Below are positions 1-7,489 of a DNA stretch of 42,372 nucleotides, piece after piece. The DNA comes from a virus. Taxonomy: Duplodnaviria; Caudoviricetes. The translations under genes were made by a program, and so were the position numbers. The stretch is taken from the IMG/VR virus record IMGVR_UViG_3300022742_000089, positions 1 to 42,372 of that record; one strand, 5' to 3'. The notes under the pieces are model-generated. The model saw only the letters and a list, made by a program, of their open reading frames with translations, had not been told where the DNA came from and did not search any database. The stretch's first letter is position 1. Every line of letters starts with the position of its first letter.

Positions 1-246
1 GTTGCCGAAGCGTCCGGTTTGTCCAAGACCGACGCCACGAAGGCCGTCGACGCCGTGTTCGACAGCATTGCCGAATCCTTGAAGAACGGTGATGAGGTCC
101 GTCTGGTCGGCTTCGGCACCTTCGCGGTCGCTGAGCGTCCCGCGACCGAAGGCCGCAACCCGCGCACCGGCGAGAAGATCGATATCCCGGCGTCCAAGCA
201 GCCGAAGTTCAAGGCCGGCAAGACTCTGAAGGACGCCCTGAACTAA
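1..246 (+). CDS. hupB: DNA-binding protein HU (5' end lies outside the window; host gene)
   Basis: Frame is open from base 1 (VAEASGLSKTDA...). Classic HU motifs VRLVGFGTF, GRNPRTGEKIDIPA and PKFKAGKTLKDA. Confidence 0.95.
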   Translation, partial: VAEASGLSKTDATKAVDAVFDSIAESLKNGDEVRLVGFGTFAVAERPATEGRNPRTGEKIDIPASKQPKFKAGKTLKDALN

Positions 247-350
247 GCGCTTATCAGCGCTTGAAGTTTTTGGCCCGCTCAGGGCATAGTGCGGCCGGCC
301 GGGCACCCACCCGGCCGGCTTGCCTTTGAGTGCGAAGGCAGGTTCGTTTC

Positions 351-425
351 GGGCGATTAGCTCAGCGGTAGAGCGTCTCGTTTACACCGAGAATGTCGGG
401 GGTTCGATCCCCTCATCGCCCACCA
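351..425 (+). tRNA. tRNA-Val (anticodon TAC)
   Basis: Acceptor stem GGGCGAT/ATCGCCC plus ACCA end; D-arm GCTCAGCGGTAGAGC; anticodon arm CTCG-TTTACAC-CGAG; T-loop GGTTCGATCC. Confidence 0.97.
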
Positions 426-429
426 ATCT

Positions 430-503
430 TTTCAATAACTTAGTGGTAATTCCAAGGCCCCTTCAAGGGGCCTTTGTCGTATCTAGGTGACAACTAGGTG
501 ACA
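430..503. promoter_or_regulatory. Putative att-arm elements: IHF-like site and tandem integrase arm-type repeats
   Basis: TTTCAATAACTTA (430-442) matches the IHF consensus WATCAA-N4-TTR with one mismatch. CTAGGTGACA is repeated perfectly at 483-492 and 494-503. Confidence 0.55.
454..475. terminator. Intrinsic terminator hairpin downstream of the tRNA (possibly bidirectional)
   Basis: AAGGCCCCT-TCA-AGGGGCCTT 9-bp stem between the tRNA and the convergent 494-964 ORF. Confidence 0.7.
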
Positions 504-964
504 GGCGGTGCTGACTTGCGCCAGAGAGCCGCTGTCCGCTCTAAAACCTGCTGTCCGAACTCCACGCGAAACGCGACCTTGCTGGGGGTCGGGGCGGCGC
601 CAAAGCGCTGCGCACCCTCGGTTGTGACCACATACACAGCAGGGTCCGATATTTCTATCTGGATGGCATTGGCCTTGCCGGAGGTCAGCGCGCTTGCAAT
701 CGCATCTCCAGCGCGGCGGGAATTTTCATCAGTAAGATCATAATAATACTGAGCGGACGCAACGGGTTTTAATCCCGGAACCTCTACATAACACGCCAGT
801 ATCAGAAGTGCAAACTGCGCCTCTGATATGTGTTTAACATCCCGGCCGGAACTAACGGGGATAAGATCAATCTGCTGAAACTTGTACGATATTGCGCGTA
901 TTTGTTTCTCGGTTAGGTGGGATATTTCAGAAATAATGCTAATTGCCTGCGTTAGGGTGGCCAT
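494..964 (-). CDS. Divergently transcribed putative DNA-binding regulator (candidate repressor)
   Basis: Lower-GC ORF. Likely start is ATG 964 (MATLTQAISIISEISHLTEKQIRAISYKFQQIDLIP..GR....S..Q.A.LILA), resembling small HTH-like proteins of alphaproteobacterial prophages. The ORF track extends it to a TTG at 1003. Confidence 0.6.
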   Translation of the reverse strand: MATLTQAISIISEISHLTEKQIRAISYKFQQIDLIPVSSGRDVKHISEAQFALLILACYVEVPGLKPVASAQYYYDLTDENSRRAGDAIASALTSGKANAIQIEISDPAVYVVTTEGAQRFGAAPTPSKVAFRVEFGQQVLERTAALWRKSAPPVT

Positions 965-1022
965 ATCGTTTGCCAATACCTTGTGGTTGCGAAACGTTGC
1001 CAAAGAAAGATTAATCGGGAAA

Positions 1023-1089
1023 TTTGGATTTGGCTATAAAAATCCAATTTCAAGCTTGACACGCTTTGGATTTGGATATGAGATTTCAA
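1023..1089. promoter_or_regulatory. Divergent promoter/operator region with two operator-like sites and a TTGACA -35
   Basis: TTTGGATTTGG(C/A)TAT direct repeat at 1023-1037 and 1065-1079. Palindrome TTGGATTT-N8-AAATCCAA at 1024-1047, with a degenerate copy at 1066-1089. TTGACA at 1056-1061. Confidence 0.65.
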
Positions 1090-1164
1090 AACCAACTCAT
1101 GTGATGCCAGACGGCGATAGATGATCTGCATGGATCGTCCGTCATTGAAAGGCGAGGGGATGCA

Positions 1165-1488
1165 ATGAGCCAAACCGAAAATTCCGAGCCCGCCCGTATT
1201 CTGCGTTATCCCGAAGTCTTCAAGCGCACCGGATACCACCGCACTTCTTTGTTTAAGATGGAGCGCGCCGGAAAATTCCCGAAGCGTATCCCGTTGGGAC
1301 CGAAATCAGTGGGCTGGCTGGAATCGGAAATCAATGCTTGGATCGCTGATCGACTGAAAGCGCGTGACGCTGCTCCTGCCACGGCAGCCCAATCAACCTC
1401 TTCCGTCAATGCCTCCAATCAACCGGCACTGACCAAGCGTGGCCGGGGCCGTCCTCCGGTGAACCCGCCTCAGCACCCGGCGTACTAA
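1165..1488 (+). CDS. alpA: AlpA-family transcriptional regulator/excisionase with C-terminal AT-hook
   Basis: RILRYPEVFKRTGYHRTSLFKMERAGKFPKRIPLGPKSVGWLESEINAWI is a typical AlpA sequence; the tail contains KRGRGRPP. Confidence 0.9.
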   Translation: MSQTENSEPARILRYPEVFKRTGYHRTSLFKMERAGKFPKRIPLGPKSVGWLESEINAWIADRLKARDAAPATAAQSTSSVNASNQPALTKRGRGRPPVNPPQHPAY

Positions 1489-1566
1489 GCCTCACCTCTG
1501 CCGCCACACAAATCGATCCCAAACCACGCGCCGGCTGATCTGGCGCGAACGCCAAAGGCTTGCCCG

Positions 1567-1821
1567 ATGTCCACCTTGGAACGCACACAGAAGCTTCTCG
1601 CCGAAATCCTCGGCAACGGTATCGACCCCACACCCATCGAGCCGCACGCCTATTTTGGCGACGACCTCGGGGCCGACAGCCTGGACGCCATCCAAATCCA
1701 GATCGCGGTGGAGGAGGAATTCGGCGTCGAAATCCCGGACGACGAGTTCGGCCGCATCATCACGGTGGACGATCTGGTGAAGCGCATCGACAGCGCTGTG
1801 CCGGCTGACGCGGAGGGCTGA
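1567..1821 (+). CDS. acpP: Prophage-encoded acyl carrier protein (AcpP-like)
   Basis: 84 aa and acidic. DLGADSLD carries the phosphopantetheine Ser motif; EEEFGVEIPDDE...TV.D matches fatty-acid ACPs. Confidence 0.9.
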   Translation: MSTLERTQKLLAEILGNGIDPTPIEPHAYFGDDLGADSLDAIQIQIAVEEEFGVEIPDDEFGRIITVDDLVKRIDSAVPADAEG

Positions 1822-1990
1822 TCGGATGGGCGACCACATCCTCCGTCCCATGGGCGCCGCAACGCTCCGGATCGCCACGGACACCCAGCCCGGCCACTGC
1901 CACGGCATCGACAGCGTGACGGAGGATGTCGCCGGCACGCTCGCCCTCGAAGCCTCCGACCAGCACTTCAAAAAACCCCGTGACTGCGTA

Positions 1991-2230
1991 GGTATGGGCG
2001 GCCGGGCGGATCGGTGACCTGATCCCGGCCTGACCAGTTTCGCGGCTTGTCCGCGTCCGAGGCCCGCACCCCCATCCATCCGGGTGCGTGGCGTTTCCTC
2101 CAAGCCTTATGGCCGGCAACCCGGCGGCTGCCGGCCACCTTTCCAAGCCCCTTACCCATGCCTGGGTGGGGCCATAGGCCGTTGCGGACGCCCGGAGCAA
2201 ACGGGGTAGCCCGCCGGCAAGCCGCCCACC
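1991..2230 (+). ncRNA. Candidate structured regulatory RNA in the early operon
   Basis: Several 7-8 bp stems (1995-2002/2221-2228, 2053-2059/2185-2191, 2065-2071/2082-2088, 2111-2118/2129-2136) in a gap that has only weak ORFs. Confidence 0.3.
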
Positions 2231-2266
2231 CGATAGAGCGCGGCACTTCCATCTGAGACCGCCGCC

Positions 2267-2683
2267 ATGGCTCTCCCCGCCCGCATCGGCCGCGACATTC
2301 CCGGAAAGAGCGTCGTCAAGGCCGAGGAAAAGAAGACCCGCGTCGCTGCCGACCACCTCGGCCTGATCCGGAAGCTCTCCTGCTGCGCCTGCGGAGCGCC
2401 TCCACGATCCGACCCCCACCACCTGATGCGTGGCGGAGATCGTGGAGGCAATCGAACTTCCTCCGGCCGCTACACCATCCCGCTTTGCCGCAAGCACCAC
2501 GAGGAAATCACCCCGCACGGCAACCCGGAAGCGGTCCTGATGGCGCGTTACGGCATCGATGCCCGTGCCCTGGCTGATTCGCTTTGGTCGGTCAGCGGTG
2601 ACGTAGACGCCATGGAGCGGGCCGTCTTCCGCGCCCATCAGGATGCGAGGCAGCGCCTCCGTCAGGTGGAGGCGCAGCGGTGA
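2267..2683 (+). CDS. DUF968-like Zn-finger/HNH-type protein
   Basis: CCACG..SDPHHL...TIPLCRKHHEE pattern typical of lambdoid DUF968/DUF1364 proteins. Confidence 0.7.
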   Translation: MALPARIGRDIPGKSVVKAEEKKTRVAADHLGLIRKLSCCACGAPPRSDPHHLMRGGDRGGNRTSSGRYTIPLCRKHHEEITPHGNPEAVLMARYGIDARALADSLWSVSGDVDAMERAVFRAHQDARQRLRQVEAQR

Positions 2684-3852
2684 CTGACGCTCTCGCCACC
2701 CCCGCTTGGCCGGTCATCGACTACAAGGCGGTCTCCGCTCGCCTGGACATTTCGCCGGCCTCCAAGGTCATCACCCTGGACGGCGTCGTCATCGGCACCT
2801 TCGGCACCGAGATGGACGATGGCTCGCGAGTGTGGACCGCCTGCCTGACCGACGTCCTCGGTCACCGCGGCGGCATCATCCAACATCGCATCCCGACCGA
2901 CGCGATAAGGCTCACCACCAACAAGGTGGTGGACATCTTGCGCCGCCACTTCCCCGACGTCGACCACGGCCCGATCTCGCTGGACGCCACCGAAGGCGAG
3001 ATGAACGAGATCCGCCGCGGCGAACGGACGGCGCTGCACCTCCCCTACAACTCGGCCAAGCACGGGCGTACCGCATGCCGCCCCGGCCGCAAGGCCCGCA
3101 TCTCGATCTTCGCCGCACCGAAGGGCCGGAAGCGCCCCGTCGACGCCGAAATCGTCTCGGTCCGCAAGGTAACGCGCGCTGAAGCGCTCGCCGCGAACCG
3201 CCTCCTCGAATTTCGCCACCCGTCCGTCAAGGCCTTCGCCGAGGTGACCTTCACCCTCGCGCCGGCGGCGGACACCTCTCAACAGCCCAGCCCGGAGGAC
3301 GCCATGCCGGCGAAAGCCGCCCCCGTTCCGTCCAAGCCGCGCGAGACCCAGGCCACGATCATGGCCTGGAAGCGCGAGACCTTCGGACCGTCCAGCCCCA
3401 TGCGCACTTTGGCCCGCGCCGCAGAGGAGGCGGCCGAGCTGTTCCGCGCCATCACCTCCGACGCCCCACCGGAGAAAATCGTCGAAGAGGCGGCCGACAC
3501 GGCTCTGATCCTCGCGGACATCGGCGAGCTGCTGCGCCTGACCGATTGGCTCTTCCTTCCTTCCGCCCCGATGATCCGTCGCCCCACGAAGCTGGCCGGC
3601 TATGTCCTGACCCACCTTGGCACGCTCGTGAGGGAGGTGGACGACTACACCGACGGGGACGGCGTCAGCGACACCTTGGCCCACAGCACGTCCTGCGGCC
3701 TCCTCCGCGCCGTGATCGGCGGCCTGGAGGAGCTGTGCGGCTGCTACGGCCACAGCCTCCGCGACGCCATCGACTCGATGATGGCGATCAACCGGACCCG
3801 CAAGTGGAACCCGGACGGCACGGGCCACGCCTACCACCGGGCCGCGGTCTGA
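2680..3852 (+). CDS. Multidomain protein: ASCH/PUA-like domain plus MazG-like (DUF550) dNTP pyrophosphohydrolase
   Basis: Middle part has EIRRGERTA...PG...VDAEIVSVR (ASCH-like). C-terminus has AWKRETFGP...EEAAEL...EEAADT...AIDSMMAINRTRKW (DUF550/MazG-like). Confidence 0.6.
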   Translation: MTDALATPAWPVIDYKAVSARLDISPASKVITLDGVVIGTFGTEMDDGSRVWTACLTDVLGHRGGIIQHRIPTDAIRLTTNKVVDILRRHFPDVDHGPISLDATEGEMNEIRRGERTALHLPYNSAKHGRTACRPGRKARISIFAAPKGRKRPVDAEIVSVRKVTRAEALAANRLLEFRHPSVKAFAEVTFTLAPAADTSQQPSPEDAMPAKAAPVPSKPRETQATIMAWKRETFGPSSPMRTLARAAEEAAELFRAITSDAPPEKIVEEAADTALILADIGELLRLTDWLFLPSAPMIRRPTKLAGYVLTHLGTLVREVDDYTDGDGVSDTLAHSTSCGLLRAVIGGLEELCGCYGHSLRDAIDSMMAINRTRKWNPDGTGHAYHRAAV

Positions 3853-4286
3853 TGGCGGGCGCCTTCTTCCGGAAGGCCGCGGCGCGCGTTGCCGCTGCGG
3901 TCTCCACCATTGCCCCTCCCACCCCGGCCGAGGCCGCCGGCAACCGCCTGCGGGCCTGCCTCCATGCTGATGGCCGGACCAGCTACCCCGATGTGGTCCA
4001 GTACCGGCTGAAGGACTTCGACCCGATCAGCCTGTCCTACGAGTCGACCGGCCCGCTGGTGAACCTGCCGCCCACGGCGGAGAGCCACCCGGACACCCAC
4101 GCCGCCGATCTGGCCGGCCGGTCGGGTAAGAGCGCGCTGCCAGTGTCGCTGCCCTACATCGCCGTGGTCCACGACCTGTCGGCCTACGACCGCTTGAAGG
4201 CCCGCGGTCTGCTGGAGATCGGGCGCCGCATCCGCATGGAAGACATCGGCGCCCCGGTCGACCGGCGCCCCGCGCCGGGAGCGTGA
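3852..4286 (+). CDS. Hypothetical phage protein
   Basis: ATG 3852 overlaps the upstream stop (TGATG); GC3-rich codons. Confidence 0.6.
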   Translation: MAGAFFRKAAARVAAAVSTIAPPTPAEAAGNRLRACLHADGRTSYPDVVQYRLKDFDPISLSYESTGPLVNLPPTAESHPDTHAADLAGRSGKSALPVSLPYIAVVHDLSAYDRLKARGLLEIGRRIRMEDIGAPVDRRPAPGA

Positions 4287-4289
4287 GCC

Positions 4290-6116
4290 ATGCCGATCCC
4301 CGACACATGCATCAATGATAACCAGCTTTACGTCGCCCTGACCGGCAAGGGCGGGCTCGTCACGCCCATGCCCCTGCTGCTTCGCCGCGGCGCTGCAACG
4401 GTCGAGGCCTACGCCCGCCCCTGGGATCTGCCTTATGGCGCCTTCGGCCAACTGGTGCGCGACGAAATCGACCCCCTGTGGGGCGCACGCGATCTGGCGC
4501 CCGACGAATTCGACGATCTGGTCGACCTGATCAACGACCGCGATCCGGGCGGCGTCGAGCGCCCGCTGCACATCTTCGATCCCGAGGACATAAACGTCCG
4601 GAAGGTCCGGTGCCTCTATGACAGCCGCGCCAAGCTCAATGGCGGCCCACCTTCCATTGCCGACGTCTTGGACGCGATGTGGCTGGAGCTTGAGGGCACC
4701 GGAACCTTCTTCGCAGACATGAAGGAGCGCGAGGCGGCTGAGGCGGAAGAGGCGGAAACCGAAGACGCCGAATCGGTTCCCGCCCCGGCAGAGACCGCCC
4801 CCGAGGTGGCTGCGCCTCCGGTCACCACCCCCACCACTCCGCCTCACTCCGCCGTCCCAGCGCAGCCCATCCCCGCGCCCCAGCCGGCCGCCAATCCCCA
4901 GCCCAAGGGCAACACCCCCATGCAGCTCACCGTCGACAAGGGGCCGCTCCTGGCCGCCCTGAAGCGTGCCGTGTCGGTAGCCGGCAAGAAGACCACTATG
5001 CCGATCATCGAATGCGTCCTGCTCGATGTCGCCGGCTCCATCTTGACCCTGTCCGCCACCGATCTCGCTGTGGACATGCAGATCAAGGTCCCGGTCGCCA
5101 TGGACGCGCGTCCCGGCCGGCTGGCCGTCCCCGGCGCTGCGCTGGTCACGGCTATCGACGCCCTCCCTGATGGCGCCCAGGCCACCCTGGAGAAGACCGA
5201 CGACGCCCGCCTTCGCATCATGGCCAGCCGCACCCGCTTCCACGTCCCGACCATGCATCCGGACGACTTCCCGGCCTTCGCCATGGTCGACGGCTCGGAG
5301 GTTCGCGTGCAGGCGCAGGAGCTTAAGCGAGCTATCGACCGGGTGGCGTTCGGCATTTCCACCGACGACGTCGCGCGCCCCCAGCTGGCCGGCATGTTTC
5401 TCCACGCCCGTCCTGAGGGCCTGCGGGTGGTGGGAGCCAATGGACAGATCCTCTCCCGCTCGGACTTGGTGACCACCGCCCCGGCTACCGAATTCGTCCA
5501 GGCATTCTCGGAACCCGGCCGGCCGCAAGGCGTGATGATCCCACGTGATTCGGTTACTGCCCTCCGCCGCCTTCTGGATGCGGTCGACGGCGAAACCGAG
5601 GTGACCGCCATCATCGGCCGCAAGCGGGCCATCTTCGAGATGTTCCCGCTGCGCTTTGGCACCACCCTCTCCGCGGCGGAGTACATCGCCTACGAGGCGG
5701 TGCTGTCGCAGACCCTGGCGACGGCCAAGCGGAACTGGACCGTGCCGCGGGCTGGCCTGCTGGCGACCGTCCGCCGGGTGCGTGCCCTGGCGGGGGACAA
5801 GGGCCGCACGGTCGCCCTGACGGTCACTGGTGACGGGGTGCGCGCGGAGACGACCGTTCGCGAAAGTGCCACGGATGCCGTCGATATCCTGGAGGCGCCC
5901 ACCGGCCTTTGCGACGCCCCGATCGATATCGGGTTCGCCGCCGGTCACTTGGCCGCCGCGCTCGATTCCCTGAACGCCGGCACCGTCACCTGCACCATGA
6001 CCGACCACCTCCTGCCCACCTTCTGGCGGGCCGAACAGGAGGGGGACATCCTCGCGGCCGAACACCTCGTGGTGGTCATGCCGTTCCGTCTCGATCCGAA
6101 AAAGGCGGAGGCGTGA
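4290..6116 (+). CDS. dnaN: DNA polymerase III beta sliding clamp homologue with about 210-aa N-terminal extension
   Basis: From Met at 4920: MQLTVDK..LL..L...K.TMPIIECVLL, LSATDL, DDFP, AIDRVAFGISTDD.ARPQLAGM, IGF, and C-terminal VVMPFRL. The upstream in-frame domain is joined by an E/A/P-rich linker. Confidence 0.85.
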   Translation: MPIPDTCINDNQLYVALTGKGGLVTPMPLLLRRGAATVEAYARPWDLPYGAFGQLVRDEIDPLWGARDLAPDEFDDLVDLINDRDPGGVERPLHIFDPEDINVRKVRCLYDSRAKLNGGPPSIADVLDAMWLELEGTGTFFADMKEREAAEAEEAETEDAESVPAPAETAPEVAAPPVTTPTTPPHSAVPAQPIPAPQPAANPQPKGNTPMQLTVDKGPLLAALKRAVSVAGKKTTMPIIECVLLDVAGSILTLSATDLAVDMQIKVPVAMDARPGRLAVPGAALVTAIDALPDGAQATLEKTDDARLRIMASRTRFHVPTMHPDDFPAFAMVDGSEVRVQAQELKRAIDRVAFGISTDDVARPQLAGMFLHARPEGLRVVGANGQILSRSDLVTTAPATEFVQAFSEPGRPQGVMIPRDSVTALRRLLDAVDGETEVTAIIGRKRAIFEMFPLRFGTTLSAAEYIAYEAVLSQTLATAKRNWTVPRAGLLATVRRVRALAGDKGRTVALTVTGDGVRAETTVRESATDAVDILEAPTGLCDAPIDIGFAAGHLAAALDSLNAGTVTCTMTDHLLPTFWRAEQEGDILAAEHLVVVMPFRLDPKKAEA

Positions 6117-6385
6117 TGCGCTACACCCACCCCAATCCCCTCCGCAACGAACCTGAGGCCCAGGAGCGGCGCGGCGCACAGGACCTCTCCGCCCTCGTCG
6201 CCCATGCGCTGGCGAAAGGCGAGGCCTCCGTCAAGCCGGTGACCGGTCAGGACGTCCGGGAGAATGCCGAGCGGAACCGCAAGGCCTTGGCGAAGAAGCG
6301 CAGCCGAGCGGGTGCCCGTGGGGCCGAGGTGCGCGCCGCACAGCAGCGCGAAGCCGCCCGTCGGAAGGAGGCCGCCCGGTCATGA
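6116..6385 (+). CDS. Small basic hypothetical protein
   Basis: GGAGG RBS and TGATG coupling to the clamp gene; MRYTHPNPLRNE...; stop overlaps the next ATG. Confidence 0.6.
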   Translation: MRYTHPNPLRNEPEAQERRGAQDLSALVAHALAKGEASVKPVTGQDVRENAERNRKALAKKRSRAGARGAEVRAAQQREAARRKEAARS

Positions 6386-7479
6386 GCAATACCGACCCCA
6401 TCGCCGTCGTCTCGATATCCGGTGGCAAGGACAGCCTCGCCACGGCCCTGCTGGCAATTGATCAGTACGGCCACGACCGCTGCCGCTTCGTGACCGCCGA
6501 TACCGGCCACGAGCACGAGTTGACCATCGCTCACCTGTCCGACTACCTCCCGCGCCGGCTAAACATCCAGATCGACATCGTGAAGGCCGATTTCAGCGCC
6601 GACATAGCCCGAAAGCGGGTCTATGTGGCCGAGAAGTGGCTGGAGAAGCTGATCAACGGCAAGTCCGGCAAGTGGGTGCGCCTGGGCTCAGTTGAAGAGG
6701 ACGATGCCGAGCCGCCGCCCCCAGTCAACCCCTATCTCGGCTCTGTGATCGGCGGGTGGGTGTGGTCGGCAGCCATCCGACCGATGTCGGCCGAGGAGGC
6801 CGCCGAGGTGGTGGCACGCGCGCTGAGCGTTCTGCATCCCACCGGCATCCCCTTCTTGGACCTCTGCCTCTGGAAGGGCCGTTTCCCCTCCCGCAAGGCG
6901 CAGTTCTGCACCCAGCAGCTGAAGCGGTTCCCGCTGGACCGCTACATGATCGACCTCGCCAGCCAGGGCCACCGATTGGAAAGCTGGCAGGGCGTCCGCC
7001 GCGATGAAAGCCACGCCCGTCGGAATGCGGCCGAACGGGAGATGACCCCCGAGGGGTGGGAGATCGTCCGGCCCATCGTCACCTGGACCGCCCAGGAGGT
7101 GGTGGATTTCGTCCGCTCCCGCGGTATCGATCTGAACCCCCTCTACTCCCAGGGCTGTGACCGCGTCGGCTGCATGCTCTGCATCAACGCCGGCAAAGAC
7201 GAGATCGCCAATGCCGCCCGGCGCTGGCCGGAGCACATCGACCGTATTCGGGAGTGGGAGCGGCTGGTGGGCATGGCCTGCAAGCGGGGCTTCTCGACCT
7301 TGCTCCACCACGCCGGTGGCGAGGGTGGGGATGCTGAGCACGCTTATCGCCACAGCAACATCGACTCGATGGTCGATTGGTCCCGCACCGTCAGGGGAGG
7401 GCGCGTCTACGACCTGATGGTGCTGGCCGCGGATGCCGGAGGAGCGGTTTGCAGCTCCTCATACGGCCTGTGCGAGTGA
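6382..7479 (+). CDS. Phosphoadenosine phosphosulfate (PAPS) reductase family protein, phage type
   Basis: PP-loop SISGGKDS, ADTGHEH, KGRFPS..AQFCT..LK, GVRRDES..R, NPLY.QG.DRVGCMLC, and C-terminal CSSSYGLCE. Confidence 0.88.
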   Translation: MSNTDPIAVVSISGGKDSLATALLAIDQYGHDRCRFVTADTGHEHELTIAHLSDYLPRRLNIQIDIVKADFSADIARKRVYVAEKWLEKLINGKSGKWVRLGSVEEDDAEPPPPVNPYLGSVIGGWVWSAAIRPMSAEEAAEVVARALSVLHPTGIPFLDLCLWKGRFPSRKAQFCTQQLKRFPLDRYMIDLASQGHRLESWQGVRRDESHARRNAAEREMTPEGWEIVRPIVTWTAQEVVDFVRSRGIDLNPLYSQGCDRVGCMLCINAGKDEIANAARRWPEHIDRIREWERLVGMACKRGFSTLLHHAGGEGGDAEHAYRHSNIDSMVDWSRTVRGGRVYDLMVLAADAGGAVCSSSYGLCE

Positions 7480-7489
7480 GGGCGGCATC

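Noticed and set aside
882-1124. 80-aa ORF with a repeated FGFGY
   Set aside because: The repeat comes from the DNA operator repeats; the ORF overlaps the promoter region and the opposite-strand gene.
1826-2256. Short ORFs 1826-2017 and 2047-2256
   Set aside because: No motifs and weak start signals; the region is better explained as structured non-coding sequence, though small peptides cannot be excluded.
3831-6179. 782-aa minus-strand ORF and other long antisense ORFs (2662-3837, 7505-8776, 17982-19595, 21045-22376, 27709-28785)
   Set aside because: Shadow frames of GC-rich plus-strand genes that have clear family motifs; no recognisable motifs of their own.
6382-7479. Complete Dnd/Ssp phosphorothioation system
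   Set aside because: No cysteine desulfurase, DndD/E or SspB/C partners in the window.
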